Sequence record: KM389302.1
Strand: one strand, 5' to 3'
Length of the DNA stretch: 25,398 bases
Source of the DNA: Escherichia phage CBA6
The position numbers were made by a program, and so were the translations under genes. The notes beneath the pieces are model-generated. The model ran no database searches and had not been told where the DNA came from. It was given only the letters and a program-made list of their open reading frames with translations. Numbering within the stretch: the stretch's first letter is position 1; each line of letters opens with the position of its first letter. Positions 8,801-17,933 of this stretch are shown one piece after another.

Positions 8801-10664
8801 GGATGAAGCTCGAAGTCACGTCCGCGCCAGTATCATTTTTGACAGATACCAATTTCCAGCCATCGTGATTTGCCAGAGGTCTACTGGTTTGGGAAGTAAA
8901 AGTCACAGACTCTGTGGTTTCAGTTATCGTCTTCGTTTTGATCGTGGCCGTAGTGCGGATCATCAGTGCCAGCAAATTGATTGACTGGTTAGCATTACCG
9001 CTACCCAGGGAAATCTGCAAAGCCGATCCCACCGGAGAACCAGTCAGTGACAAAGAGCCAGAGATATCAAATTGCGCTTCTGAACCATCGGATTTCGCAG
9101 AAGAATACAACGAAAATTCAGGAGAGAAACTATATCCCAGTGGGGCTGAAATAGAACCAGAACCGCTATTGTCCAGAGTGACTTTGTAAGTTCGGAGAAC
9201 GGTGTAGTTGATATCCACGGAACCTGTTGGCGCTAATGTTTTAACACCGAAGACCGGAAGAGAGAAGATCAGGTCTACCATAGAACTCTGGTTAAACTGG
9301 TTGGATTCCAGTTCAGCAGAGAACATGGTGATACCACTTTCTTCATAAGATACTTTGGTGATAGTGGACGCGTCCCCAGTCACAACCAAATCACGCATGT
9401 ACAGACGGAATTCAGTTGAATTGCGTTCAGCAGATATACACAACGCCGTGGCTTGAGCAGCTCCGGACGCGTTCAATAACTTGTATCGCACAGTGCGAGA
9501 TATTACTGGAACACCTTTGGAGTTCTTGGTGACCAGATAATTCCCTGTAGCGACTGCAACAGGCGTGTTATTCAGGACATCGGTATCCCGTGCCTTGTCA
9601 ACGATCACCAACTCTTCCCCGACGTTTTCGATACGACGACCGCGAACATAGGAAATACCTGGTTTCATTACAGACACGAATTTACTTTCGTCGCCGCCAT
9701 CAGCAGCATTGAATACACCACCATTGTTATTGACTTTCAAGTGTTCGCGGATGTCGATCTGATGCGTTGAAACGTTGTAATCGCCGTTGGTTTCATACGT
9801 CCGTTGAGCCAACGTGTCTTCCAGAATATTATAGGTGGACTGAGTCACCATAGACTGGATTTTACCATCACGAACTTTGGCCAGTTCAACAAAGTCTTCA
9901 ACCACAGCATCATAATCAAATCGAGATAAGACCAGATCTATTCGAAGACGATGAGCGCCTGGGGCTTTGGAATTAATCGTTCCCTGAGCATTTGAATAAA
10001 GGGATTCGTCTTCAGATTCAGTCACGATGGTTTCAGTGACTTTAAACCCGACGCGATGGGAAGAAGTGTTTGAAGTTTTATCGACGATGAGAGTCGCGTC
10101 ATCAACATCAAGGAACATTCCACGAATGAAGTAAACGCCCTTCGTCATACGAGCGACGATAGAACCAGTCACCGCAGCTGCGATACCATAACCAATACGA
10201 ATGAAGTTGTCATTGACGTCATAGGTTTGGAAATACAGATTGTCGTTGACGTGGAAGCCATCTGCATTACCCACTTCTGTCATTTCAAGGATGGCCAACA
10301 TCGTATCCGGAGCAGACAGATCACGTTCAAGAGATAGCACACGCGCTTTGGCGTTATTGTCTTTTCCCAGAACATAAAGTTCAGTAATCCCTTCCAGATC
10401 AGTGAACTCAGTGCCACCAGCCAGGGTGAATTTCATAGACACAGCGGCGTTGGTAATCGTCAGACCGCCAGGAATAACCATAGATCCATCTTTGAACAGA
10501 TGGTTTCCCAGCTTTTCAATCTGGTCTTGCAGAATAGTCTGCATCTGGTTCAGTTCACGTGTCTGAACCTTAATAGGCATCGGGCGAAAAAGAATCCGTG
10601 AAAACCGTTTTCCAGGATTCCAGTCGTCCCAATACGGGCGACGGTTTAGATTTGTAGATTGCAT
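5826..10664 (-). CDS. Very large virion structural protein (1612 aa), probably a tail fibre or baseplate component; function not assigned
   Basis: Uninterrupted 4.8-kb ORF in the late module. GGAG 9 nt upstream of the ATG, with CTAAATA and TATAAAT motifs further upstream. S/T/N/G-rich composition typical of fibrous phage proteins. No confident homologue recalled. Confidence 0.6.
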   Translation of the reverse strand: MQSTNLNRRPYWDDWNPGKRFSRILFRPMPIKVQTRELNQMQTILQDQIEKLGNHLFKDGSMVIPGGLTITNAAVSMKFTLAGGTEFTDLEGITELYVLGKDNNAKARVLSLERDLSAPDTMLAILEMTEVGNADGFHVNDNLYFQTYDVNDNFIRIGYGIAAAVTGSIVARMTKGVYFIRGMFLDVDDATLIVDKTSNTSSHRVGFKVTETIVTESEDESLYSNAQGTINSKAPGAHRLRIDLVLSRFDYDAVVEDFVELAKVRDGKIQSMVTQSTYNILEDTLAQRTYETNGDYNVSTHQIDIREHLKVNNNGGVFNAADGGDESKFVSVMKPGISYVRGRRIENVGEELVIVDKARDTDVLNNTPVAVATGNYLVTKNSKGVPVISRTVRYKLLNASGAAQATALCISAERNSTEFRLYMRDLVVTGDASTITKVSYEESGITMFSAELESNQFNQSSMVDLIFSLPVFGVKTLAPTGSVDINYTVLRTYKVTLDNSGSGSISAPLGYSFSPEFSLYSSAKSDGSEAQFDISGSLSLTGSPVGSALQISLGSGNANQSINLLALMIRTTATIKTKTITETTESVTFTSQTSRPLANHDGWKLVSVKNDTGADVTSSFILDGGQRDAGYYKANLLSTAGAISGTYTVVYQYFAHSSGDFFSADSYTSMDYKDIPNYTSSTSGAVYGLADSLDFRPKITNGTSDTDMVRPNTAVILDTEYYLPRIDAIYLADNGVFGVARGISSNNLASPAIPANSMRLYELLIPPYTPNIDDIQIRTIDNRRYTMRDIGKLETRISNVEYYTSLSQLESSAMTQQVFDPITGNPRFKNGIAADPFKDFRLIDDLSEDWMGSIDTENGRLRPFVQQNAVDMTPVGWNKVMDGMVVCNYTPEISVNQEYATTTINVNPYAVFNWEGFLKINPTTDYWFENYYVAPRVINETINTRGTVQEGSVYGTWRTVSVSDRVWEPHGAGGVWWGYRYRTTVSARDVTTYTYTDKTTTTMTGEQIVETQVIPYMREIDISFDASGLRPFTRMYAFFSGRDVNLYCKPNGGNFGDPITTDANGAVKGVFRVPQNDTIKFNTGDNVFRLTDSPVDSKSADDTLTNAEIVHKSFGKKQGIQKTFVNTRVLGYTASTSTETSTSEVVVDQWRDPIAQSFMVATKIGGEYIEGVEVFFSTKSRDVPITLEIREMENGLPSHTVITRKTLNPSEVTISTDSSGGTKFTFDYPVYLQASTEFAIVLLANTQDYNAYIAEMGKKNLLSNEYIAKQPYTGVFFTSSNGSTWSPNQMADMKFRVYRCNFAAGQNVVTFDPKLGPKQRPLGLNTLNCVSGSSVVTVFAPGHGLVAGNNVTLSELTGGCGFTPEQLNKTFTVTDASYTSFKIDVGSAADSNGQIGGDNASFLGNYLVDMFYASVTNSALEGSILKLEYRYRDATSNSMSDWAEFETDTDVALPTEGIYRQVGDFQIRATMTRSENNVYTAPMIDGDDLSVIFNSYGVDPFEDVFKYVTKDIGFDNPCSTVKLFFGAMLPSQSSMKVQVKLLRAGQEMDSVAWEDVTPTSPLVNDGSTFFEYEYDKTVASNNPFVGLKVRALVRGNRVAPPSFKDFRLIALA
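5837..5860. repeat. 24-nt exact direct repeat, copy 1 (caataagacggaagtctttgaatg), at the 3' end of the 1612-aa gene
   Basis: Identical 24-mer also at 8135-8158. Encodes the FKDFRLI motif at the protein C-terminus. Confidence 0.85.
8135..8158. repeat. 24-nt exact direct repeat, copy 2, internal to the 1612-aa gene
   Basis: Identical to 5837-5860. Encodes the internal DPFKDFRLID motif. Confidence 0.85.
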
Positions 10665-10696
10665 TTTGATGCTCCATCGAGTGCCATTTATAGAGA

Positions 10697-10703
10697 TATT
10701 TAG
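10697..10703 (-). promoter_or_regulatory. Candidate late promoter element CTAAATA (with adjacent TATAAAT) upstream of the 1612-aa gene
   Basis: Minus strand reads tataCTAAATAtctcTATAAATggcactcgatggagcatcaaaATG. Confidence 0.4.
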
Positions 10704-10725
10704 TATACAGCCAACAGACAGATAG

Positions 10726-10750
10726 AAATAAAAACCCCGCCGAAGCGGGG
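10726..10750 (-). terminator. Intrinsic terminator with a UUCG tetraloop, downstream of the 653-aa tailspike gene
   Basis: Minus-strand RNA folds as ccccgc-uucg-gcgggg followed by uuuuuauuu. Confidence 0.65.
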
Positions 10751-10757
10751 GATTTCA

Positions 10758-12719
10758 TCAACCGATTGTGAGATTAAATTCCATTTCTGTTACGACTGCA
10801 GATGGATTGTATAACGTAATTGTCCACGAAAAATCGTTAGTTTTCGAAATGACACAATATCTTCCTGTGCCTGGGGAACTAAAAGATGCCGCTAATTTAT
10901 TCATGCTTGTAAATGAATTTATCACCCAAACACCAGGAGATGTCTTCGTTACCGAACAATTAACTGCACTCGTCAGAGCACCAGAACCATTTACAATCAC
11001 TGATATTGGTTCGTCCAGAATTCTAACCACTCCGGAGTTTAATGAATATGAATTCATAACAGTTCCAATACGATTTCCCTGTAAATATGTGATGGCAGTA
11101 GAAGCCAGTCCCGTTCTATTCAACAATACATTTGTAACTCCCAAACCAGTACAACCCAATATTTGTGTGTCAGACACTAATCCAGACGTGGTGCTGGTTT
11201 GTTCACAAACCGCGTCCACAACATTACTACCGTTGTAACAATTGAAAGATACATTTATCAATTTATTTCGTCGTATTGATTTGCCTGCATTAGATTGTAT
11301 CTGTAATACACGGTTATATTGGCCAGGTGTATTAATCTGCACAAAACAATTTTGAATAACATTGTCATAACTATCAGTTAATGAAACGTTATGGTCAGAA
11401 ATACCGAAAGCAGATTTATAATCTCCATTATTGTTCATTTGAATAAAAACACCTTCAACGGTGTTATTGCTACAACCTTGTATTGCTATGACGTGGTCAT
11501 TCCCGTTAAATGCTCCTGCGGAAATAGAAACAAATTTACCACCAATGATTTTGCAGCCAGAACAACCTCTGGAAAATTTGATATTATTGTTGCCGCCAAC
11601 GACACCACCGACGTCGCCCAAATTAGCAGAACTCATTATTCCTTCACAATTTATGAATTGGAAATCTGTGGTTGGGAATCCAACACCATCTGCTGACGTC
11701 CCATGGAAATTAATCAATAACCCATTTTCCGCATAACCTTCAGATACATAGCCACCTTTACAACCCAGAACCTCCATATTCCCGCCAGCTTGAGAAACTC
11801 CAACGAATCTCGGATATGTGATTTCTGGGTACAATGCACCTATAATAACAAGGTTCCCGTGATTTGGTCCTTTAAAACCTGTATTTTCAAATACACATTT
11901 GTTAGACCTAACCCCAACACGCCGAGAATTATCAGTTGAACCATAAGATGTGTTCCCCAATCTTAATGGGGTTACTGTTGCTGTGGTTGTCGTGAAGACT
12001 ACACCCGAAACTTCAGTATAATTTCCTGTTAATTCGATAGCCCCTTTATTCGTGTCAAACGAATTCCCCAACAAATTGATTTTGTTTCCGTTGCCAATGA
12101 TGCGTTTACTGTCTAAATTGTTCACCACGTTGCTCGACAACCCAACATCTATATCTAAAATGATCGTATTATACACATTTAGAAGATCATTCAATATATT
12201 TGAAACGTCTTCGCCAGAAGAAACCCAATTAGATATGTATGTTTCTTTCTCGCCAATATTATTTTTTACAAAAATCCAAGCTGAACCAGAAATACCACCA
12301 GTATTTTCCAACTTTTGGGTAGAGGGAACAATTTTTGGAAGAGACCCACCCCAACGATAAAAACAATTATTATGGCGTATCATTTCATTCTTAGTACGGA
12401 TTGTAAACCCATCTGAAAACTCTTCCGTCATTTCGATAAATTCGCCGCGCAATACAGCCAGCGCACCCAAATCTACAGTGCCTCCGGAGTGCGTGAGGAT
12501 GCCGTCGACTAAACTAGTGACCGTTACAGCACCAATGTTAGAAGGAAGAGCATAGGCACGTTGGGTCACCTTATCGTAGATCACTTTATAACCAGACAAG
12601 GACTGCCCTGATTTCGCATAAACGACTTCCGACTTTTTACACCCAAATTTACGAGCAATACTGTCTTTGTTCGATTCTTTTGAAGTAGAACCTTTTGGTT
12701 GAGCAAATTGCGGATTCAT
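10758..12719 (-). CDS. Tailspike protein, putative polysaccharide depolymerase (653 aa)
   Basis: N-terminal module (ARKFGCKKSEVVYA...YKVIYDKVTQRAY...YRWGGSLPK) is shared with the other tailspikes. The rest is N/G/S/T-rich with short repeats typical of a parallel beta-helix. AGGAG Shine-Dalgarno. Confidence 0.7.
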   Translation of the reverse strand: MNPQFAQPKGSTSKESNKDSIARKFGCKKSEVVYAKSGQSLSGYKVIYDKVTQRAYALPSNIGAVTVTSLVDGILTHSGGTVDLGALAVLRGEFIEMTEEFSDGFTIRTKNEMIRHNNCFYRWGGSLPKIVPSTQKLENTGGISGSAWIFVKNNIGEKETYISNWVSSGEDVSNILNDLLNVYNTIILDIDVGLSSNVVNNLDSKRIIGNGNKINLLGNSFDTNKGAIELTGNYTEVSGVVFTTTTATVTPLRLGNTSYGSTDNSRRVGVRSNKCVFENTGFKGPNHGNLVIIGALYPEITYPRFVGVSQAGGNMEVLGCKGGYVSEGYAENGLLINFHGTSADGVGFPTTDFQFINCEGIMSSANLGDVGGVVGGNNNIKFSRGCSGCKIIGGKFVSISAGAFNGNDHVIAIQGCSNNTVEGVFIQMNNNGDYKSAFGISDHNVSLTDSYDNVIQNCFVQINTPGQYNRVLQIQSNAGKSIRRNKLINVSFNCYNGSNVVDAVCEQTSTTSGLVSDTQILGCTGLGVTNVLLNRTGLASTAITYLQGNRIGTVMNSYSLNSGVVRILDEPISVIVNGSGALTSAVNCSVTKTSPGVWVINSFTSMNKLAASFSSPGTGRYCVISKTNDFSWTITLYNPSAVVTEMEFNLTIG

Positions 12720-12750
12720 AATAAGAATCTCCTGTTTTTCTCTAGTAAAT

Positions 12751-12767
12751 ACCCTCCGAAGAGGGGT
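12751..12767 (-). terminator. Hairpin with a UUCG tetraloop between the 926-aa and 653-aa genes; possible attenuator or weak terminator
   Basis: Minus-strand RNA folds as accccuc-uucg-gagggu, followed by only a weak U tract. Confidence 0.35.
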
Positions 12768-12773
12768 ATATTT

Positions 12774-15554
12774 TTAAATAGAAGAATCCAATATACGGTA
12801 ACTAATTAACTTATTAGGGTCTACAGGATTAATCAGGTTGTAGTACCGTGAAGCTACATAATCATTCTCAGAAGAGAACATACCAACATACACTTTAGCA
12901 CCTACACCAGAACAGGCATCCCCACCAGCATTGCTATCCGAGAAGAATGTTAATGAAGAAGTTAATCCGAATATAGAATTAAATGGTACAGCTAAATAAG
13001 CGCCTCGGAATGACCGTCTGATTCTCTTACCCGTCTGAATATTAAGAATACTCCACCAGAAATATCCAGGTTTAGCACCAATAGCTATATGATATGGCAC
13101 ACCACTTTGTAGTTTAAGGTCGTTAGGTAAATCCCCAGATAAAATTTGGGTTGTACCATCGCCCCCCAATAGCAAAGCAATTGTTTGTTTTCCGGAAGCG
13201 TCTATAACTAATTGAAGATGAAGACTGTTGGATGTATCACTAAACCCTGAACCAATGGCCATGAAGTTAAATACTTCAGCTCCAGATATGGTAGGTACTA
13301 CAACAGCAGCCATGGTAATACCTTCTGGACCTGCTGTTCTTGAGTACAGTAATTTATCTTTGTTGGCTTGTGATAGTCTCAGACCATTTACTTGCCCTAC
13401 AGAAGATGGGACACTTACATAAACAGGTGTAGTGCTAACACCATCAAATGTAGGGGTCTCGTTCATGGTTTGCAAACCAGTCTTGGAATAATTAACCAAT
13501 CCGTTAATGCTCAGGTCGGAATTTGTGGGGTTGATAATATTGTTATCACCAATAAAGTTAATGCCCATATAACCAGTCTCAACCACACCATTAATGGTGA
13601 CGCTGCAATCATTAGACAGGAACTGAAAATTGCCCGCACTAGAGTTAGCACCTGAACCACTATTCGCGGCATAATTGAGTCCTACGAATCCGTTGATAAC
13701 TGCATCACTTTTGTTAAATACGATGTTGTAGAAAGTGTTGTTAGCGTTGATGCCGTTACGATTGGTGTTCAATCCGTTCATGGAAATTGAATATGAATCG
13801 CTAATCTCAATGCCATTCCCGCCACAATCTTGTACCTCAATACCATTAATAACCATATTCTGGCTATTATTAATAGTAATGCCTGGGAACTGTCCTACTG
13901 TACCATAAGGTTGCCAGTTAGCCCAAATGAATTTACCACCAATAATACGACCATTACCACAACCATCAAGAACCAGACATTGTTTACCGCAGGTATTAAC
14001 CTGGATATTTGTCCAAGTCCAATCAGTAGTAGCACAACGGACGCCCACCTGATTGATGTGGTTGACTAAAAGAGAATCTGTAGTAACACTAAAGTTACCA
14101 CTATCAATATTTAACCCATATTCATCAAAACCTGCTATATGGACCTTAGAAATACACAAGTCGCGTCTTGGGTCTGCGGTAGTGTGGAACGGATAATCAG
14201 CTGAGAGACCTGAAGGAGTTTCTATATAGATACCTGTTGTACCCGCAGTAAATGATGTGCCTTGTTGTGCACCTGTGCCATATACCCCAAAGGAGTCTAA
14301 TACAATAAGGGAGCATGTATCTTTTATGGTAATACAATTCCCAGTAGCAGAAGGCAACTGATGCAACCTGGAGTAATGTAATCCAGACCCATAAATAGAC
14401 GACGTATTATATTTTAACCGGATATTGCTAACGTAATGTACACCAGTTAATTGTGTGGCCTTACCACTGTCCACACAAGATTGTACTGGAATAGTATCAT
14501 CATTAGAACCGCCCAAAGCACCAAACATGAATGGGTTAACTCTATCAGCATTAACACGTAACCAGGCTGCGCCTCCAACAGTTTTGATCACAGTGCCGTT
14601 ATCATCAGTCTTTCCTGTACCATCAATTAACGCACGGAATACCCCTCCACCAAGAAGAGTACCCGCAGTGTGTTGCTTAAGAATAATGCGTTGTCCATCC
14701 ATAGTGGGTTCAGTATTCCTGAGATCAGCAACAGAATGGCATTCTCCGATATACTTGGCACCATCATTGCGCCCCAGAGTGTTTATCACATTAATAAATG
14801 AATCTTCTAAAGGCAACAAATCCACTACAACATTACCTGGATTATAAGTAAGTTGCCCATTACTAACAGAAGAAATCACTGAACCATCAGGGATAGTTGG
14901 TAAACCATAAATAATCTGCGCCGCTGAATCATAAACAACTTTCTTGTCGTCGAGTAAAGATATGGTATCAGTGCTGACAATGACTTCAGAGTCTTTTACG
15001 TTAGCCGAACGGGCAATTTCTTGGATACTGCGATCGAACGCCGGACTGATGTTCGGTTGTTTAACAGACATCTCCGCAACAACCCACACCCCTGCAGTCA
15101 GCGCAGTTTGTAAGGAAACTTTCCCAGTCGTACTGTTGTATGAATATTCTATATCAGGAGTTTTGTACTCACCACCGATATAAAGAGACTGGACACCATA
15201 AGAAGTAAAGTCAGGCGTGAATTCAGTTTCTCCACCCACGGCTTGAAATTTGTATATTCGAATACCTTTAGAAGTATCTTCTGGTGAAAGAATTTTATCG
15301 AATAAGCAATACACAACATCGCCTTTGGACAATGCGCGCCCGAGATTCAACGTATTCCCGTCTATCTCGAAGTTGTCTAACGGAACTTGCATGCCGCCGT
15401 TAATTGTGATAACACCAGTGACAGGATAGAAAGGTAGAGAAAAGAAAGTTTCTCCACCGACACTTGATTTATAAGTGAAAGGAATCTGGTGGGGAGCTGT
15501 GACTACGCCGCCGAATAATTCTTCTACATTTCTGGTCATTTGAAAATACCCCAT
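12774..15554 (-). CDS. Tailspike protein with a T7 gp17-like N-terminal anchor domain and beta-helix body (926 aa)
   Basis: N-terminus IPFTYKSSVGGETFFSLPFYPVTGVITINGGMQVPLDNFEIDGNTLNLG fits the pattern of podovirus tail-fibre N-terminal anchors. Central region has tandem NG-rich beta-helix coils. The start may instead be the second ATG at 15539 (MTRNVEE...). Confidence 0.7.
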   Translation of the reverse strand: MGYFQMTRNVEELFGGVVTAPHQIPFTYKSSVGGETFFSLPFYPVTGVITINGGMQVPLDNFEIDGNTLNLGRALSKGDVVYCLFDKILSPEDTSKGIRIYKFQAVGGETEFTPDFTSYGVQSLYIGGEYKTPDIEYSYNSTTGKVSLQTALTAGVWVVAEMSVKQPNISPAFDRSIQEIARSANVKDSEVIVSTDTISLLDDKKVVYDSAAQIIYGLPTIPDGSVISSVSNGQLTYNPGNVVVDLLPLEDSFINVINTLGRNDGAKYIGECHSVADLRNTEPTMDGQRIILKQHTAGTLLGGGVFRALIDGTGKTDDNGTVIKTVGGAAWLRVNADRVNPFMFGALGGSNDDTIPVQSCVDSGKATQLTGVHYVSNIRLKYNTSSIYGSGLHYSRLHQLPSATGNCITIKDTCSLIVLDSFGVYGTGAQQGTSFTAGTTGIYIETPSGLSADYPFHTTADPRRDLCISKVHIAGFDEYGLNIDSGNFSVTTDSLLVNHINQVGVRCATTDWTWTNIQVNTCGKQCLVLDGCGNGRIIGGKFIWANWQPYGTVGQFPGITINNSQNMVINGIEVQDCGGNGIEISDSYSISMNGLNTNRNGINANNTFYNIVFNKSDAVINGFVGLNYAANSGSGANSSAGNFQFLSNDCSVTINGVVETGYMGINFIGDNNIINPTNSDLSINGLVNYSKTGLQTMNETPTFDGVSTTPVYVSVPSSVGQVNGLRLSQANKDKLLYSRTAGPEGITMAAVVVPTISGAEVFNFMAIGSGFSDTSNSLHLQLVIDASGKQTIALLLGGDGTTQILSGDLPNDLKLQSGVPYHIAIGAKPGYFWWSILNIQTGKRIRRSFRGAYLAVPFNSIFGLTSSLTFFSDSNAGGDACSGVGAKVYVGMFSSENDYVASRYYNLINPVDPNKLISYRILDSSI

Positions 15555-15640
15555 AAAGGATTTGCCAATATGGGGTATTTAGTCTGAACTAATAAAATTT
15601 TATGAACAAAGGTATGATAAAAACCCCGCCGAAGCGGGGT
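15548..15640. repeat. About 90-bp intergenic cassette, copy A
   Basis: Near-identical to 17678-17770. Contains a palindrome (aaatacccca / tggggtattt), the CTAAATA motif, and the UUCG-loop terminator. Confidence 0.8.
15576..15582 (-). promoter_or_regulatory. Candidate late promoter element CTAAATA upstream of the 926-aa tailspike gene
   Basis: Minus strand reads cagaCTAAATAcccc, 21-36 nt upstream of the candidate ATGs. Confidence 0.4.
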
Positions 15641-15647
15641 TTTTATC
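15616..15647 (-). terminator. Intrinsic terminator with a UUCG tetraloop, downstream of the 675-aa tailspike gene
   Basis: Minus-strand RNA folds as ccccgc-uucg-gcgggg followed by uuuuauc. Confidence 0.65.
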
Positions 15648-17673
15648 AATCGGCCGTTTTGATTGGTGAATACAGCCCGCCTCCGCGATGAATCCATGCA
15701 TAAACGTTATCTGTAGTTGGGGTTATCGCCGAACTCCGATAGAACATAAAACCAACAGGAGCACCGCTATAGTTAGGCATGGCATTATGTTTGCCTTTCG
15801 CTTTGTCCCACCCGCAAAACGTTGGCATTGGCGTTGCATGATATGCTGACGCATACACGCCGCCTATAGCAATCGACTTACCAGAATTTGTAGTAATCAT
15901 AATACGAGATGCTTTTGTTCTATCAACAGGTGCTGAAATTTTGTATAATCTCCAGCCATTTCCCATGTCGTAGAACTTAGTAGGATCACCGTAAATAGAA
16001 CCCTGTCCATCTGCCGATTGAATGTAAATGGAGTTAGGCTCACCACGCACAAACAGGGCGGCTCGAACGAAACCTGTAGCTGAACGAAGGCAGTTGATAG
16101 CAAAGTATACTTGTTCCGATACGCTTTCGTACCCTACATATCTACCGCATCCTGAAGGCTCATTTGCATCGGTTCCAAAAACCAAACCAGAATTAAGCCC
16201 ATTGAAGTCTACAGGATATCCGTTATTGTTAATAACACTCCAGTCACCACTTTGGCAAAGGTTTGAACCGCTCATGGATATAAAGTCACCACCCTGCATT
16301 CCAGCAGTATGGTCACTGAACATCGCGTGGTTCATATAGTGCATTGAACTTGCCATCATGCCGAATTGGCAACGATAACCGACAATGGACCACGGACCGC
16401 GGATTTTACCGTTTCCGTTTACTTCGCCATATAGACCAATGACGGTGTTATGCTGCGCAGGTACAGACACGTTGTCTAGAACATACCCCGCCGAACCACT
16501 AGCGTCCAGACCGACGAATGTGTTCGCATTACCTTCAGTATTACCACCTTCTGGAACCCATGTATGAGAACCTTTAATAAGAACTGAACCCACACATTGG
16601 GTGTATACGTTTTGATTACAAGACCCGGAAGATATATCAATAATAATTTGCCCGCCACCGGATGTGGTTCCAGCACGAATACGCGTGAAGTTATTCCAGT
16701 AACTACCACCGCGCCAAGGAATTAAGCCTGTAGGCGTAGTTTCTATACCGCCTTTTAACGTGAAGTTTGCCGAGCAATCTATGTTAGATATGTTATGAAA
16801 TTGTGCACCTTGAACTAACATATTACGACAGCTAATACCCTGTATGTCCAAAGAACGCGCATGAAGTATTAAAAAATCCGCATCAGGGATAATACCAAGA
16901 CACTCCACATTACAACGAACAATAAATTGTGCGTAATAAGCGTGATAGCCGGACAAATTGGCTATTGAAGTTTTGTAAATTCCTTTTGGTATGAATAACT
17001 TTCTTCGGTTTTTACCATACTCAACGAGAGCATTATAATCACTGTTAATCGCATCCAGAGCGGCACAAATAGCTGCTGTGTCATCCGTGACCCCATCCCC
17101 TACGGCACCCCATCCTCGAATGTCACCTTCATCACGCCAGCGAGCCATCTGCAATTCTGGGTAAAGAGTGGCTCCACTTGGATTAGTAATCTGGCTTCTT
17201 AATGACGCATCACCAACACTAACCCATGCACCTAAATCAACGCCGCCTGAGTTATCGGGTGTAGAACCAGCGGCAACTACCTTTGGCAAAGAACCATCCC
17301 ATCGATATTTTTCATCATCGTGAACAAGAAGTTCATTTTTCACATTAATGGTATGGCCGAAATTAAAAGAACCAGGTAAAGTCACATATTCTTCGCGGCT
17401 TACTGCTAATTCCCCAAGGTCTACAGAACCAGCGGAATGAGTGAGGATAGCTCTTTCATCCAGACTAATTGCAGTTGTCCCTGAAACAATACCGGAAGGG
17501 AGAGAATAAGCCCGTTGGGTAGACTCATCATAAATTACTTTAAATCCACTGAGATCAATACCGACAGTGAAATAAACGACTTCGTCTTCTTTGACACCGA
17601 AATTTCGAGCGATAGATTGTTTGTTAACTTCTATGGAAGTAGAGCCGCGTGGTTGATTGAATTGAGAAATCAT
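15646..17673 (-). CDS. Tailspike protein, putative depolymerase of the pectate-lyase-like beta-helix type (675 aa)
   Basis: Shared N-terminal attachment module (ARNFGVKEDEVVYF...FKVIYDESTQRAY...YRWDGSLPK). GWGAVGDGVTDDTAAICAAL matches the hallmark N-terminal motif of pectate-lyase-superfamily beta-helix enzymes. Confidence 0.75.
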   Translation of the reverse strand: MISQFNQPRGSTSIEVNKQSIARNFGVKEDEVVYFTVGIDLSGFKVIYDESTQRAYSLPSGIVSGTTAISLDERAILTHSAGSVDLGELAVSREEYVTLPGSFNFGHTINVKNELLVHDDEKYRWDGSLPKVVAAGSTPDNSGGVDLGAWVSVGDASLRSQITNPSGATLYPELQMARWRDEGDIRGWGAVGDGVTDDTAAICAALDAINSDYNALVEYGKNRRKLFIPKGIYKTSIANLSGYHAYYAQFIVRCNVECLGIIPDADFLILHARSLDIQGISCRNMLVQGAQFHNISNIDCSANFTLKGGIETTPTGLIPWRGGSYWNNFTRIRAGTTSGGGQIIIDISSGSCNQNVYTQCVGSVLIKGSHTWVPEGGNTEGNANTFVGLDASGSAGYVLDNVSVPAQHNTVIGLYGEVNGNGKIRGPWSIVGYRCQFGMMASSMHYMNHAMFSDHTAGMQGGDFISMSGSNLCQSGDWSVINNNGYPVDFNGLNSGLVFGTDANEPSGCGRYVGYESVSEQVYFAINCLRSATGFVRAALFVRGEPNSIYIQSADGQGSIYGDPTKFYDMGNGWRLYKISAPVDRTKASRIMITTNSGKSIAIGGVYASAYHATPMPTFCGWDKAKGKHNAMPNYSGAPVGFMFYRSSAITPTTDNVYAWIHRGGGLYSPIKTAD

Positions 17674-17706
17674 GATAATGCCCCATAAAGGATGACCAAT
17701 ATGGGG

Positions 17707-17713
17707 TATTTAG
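17707..17713 (-). promoter_or_regulatory. Candidate late promoter element CTAAATA upstream of the 675-aa tailspike gene
   Basis: Minus strand reads cagaCTAAATAcccc, 33 nt upstream of the ATG at 17673. Confidence 0.4.
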
Positions 17714-17745
17714 TCTGAACTAATAAAATTTATGAACAAAGGTAT

Positions 17746-17770
17746 GATAAAAACCCCGCCGAAGCGGGGT
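17746..17770 (-). terminator. UUCG-tetraloop hairpin, third copy of the conserved terminator
   Basis: Same ccccgc-cgaa-gcgggg sequence as at 10735-10750 and 15624-15639. Confidence 0.55.
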
Positions 17771-17776
17771 TAATGA

Positions 17777-17929
17777 GAAGCGCATGAACAAGAATATCGC
17801 GCAGAAAAGTCAGGTAAGCGCATAAAGGAACTCGAAGCGGAGAACGCCAGACTACGGCAGCAACTGGACGCGGCGAACGCGCAACTGTATTTTATTCTGG
17901 AGAATCTTAAGACGCAGCAGGTGGATTAA
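17777..17929 (+). other. Start-less 51-codon open frame encoding a coiled-coil-like peptide; possible gene remnant or acquired fragment
   Basis: Frame reads EAHEQEYRAEKSGKRIKELEAENARLRQQLDAANAQLYFILENLKTQQVD and ends at TAA 17927-17929. There is no in-frame ATG/GTG/TTG after the upstream TGA. The segment looks GC-richer than flanking phage DNA and is followed by a strong terminator. Confidence 0.3.
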
Positions 17930-17933
17930 GGAA

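Larger units (their letters stand above)
17678..17770. repeat. About 90-bp intergenic cassette, copy B
   Basis: Near-identical to 15548-15640, including tttagtctgaactaataaaattt(t)atgaacaaaggtatgataaaaaccccgccgaagcggggt. Confidence 0.8.

Noticed and set aside
10570-10761. 63-aa minus-strand ORF spanning the start of the 1612-aa gene and the upstream terminator
   Set aside because: Runs through the terminator hairpin and promoter motifs and overlaps the better-supported ATG at 10664 out of frame.
15601-15660. Tiny plus-strand ORF (MNKGMIKTPPKRGFYQSAVL) inside the repeated intergenic cassette
   Set aside because: About 20 codons, runs through the terminator stem, and has no ribosome-binding site.
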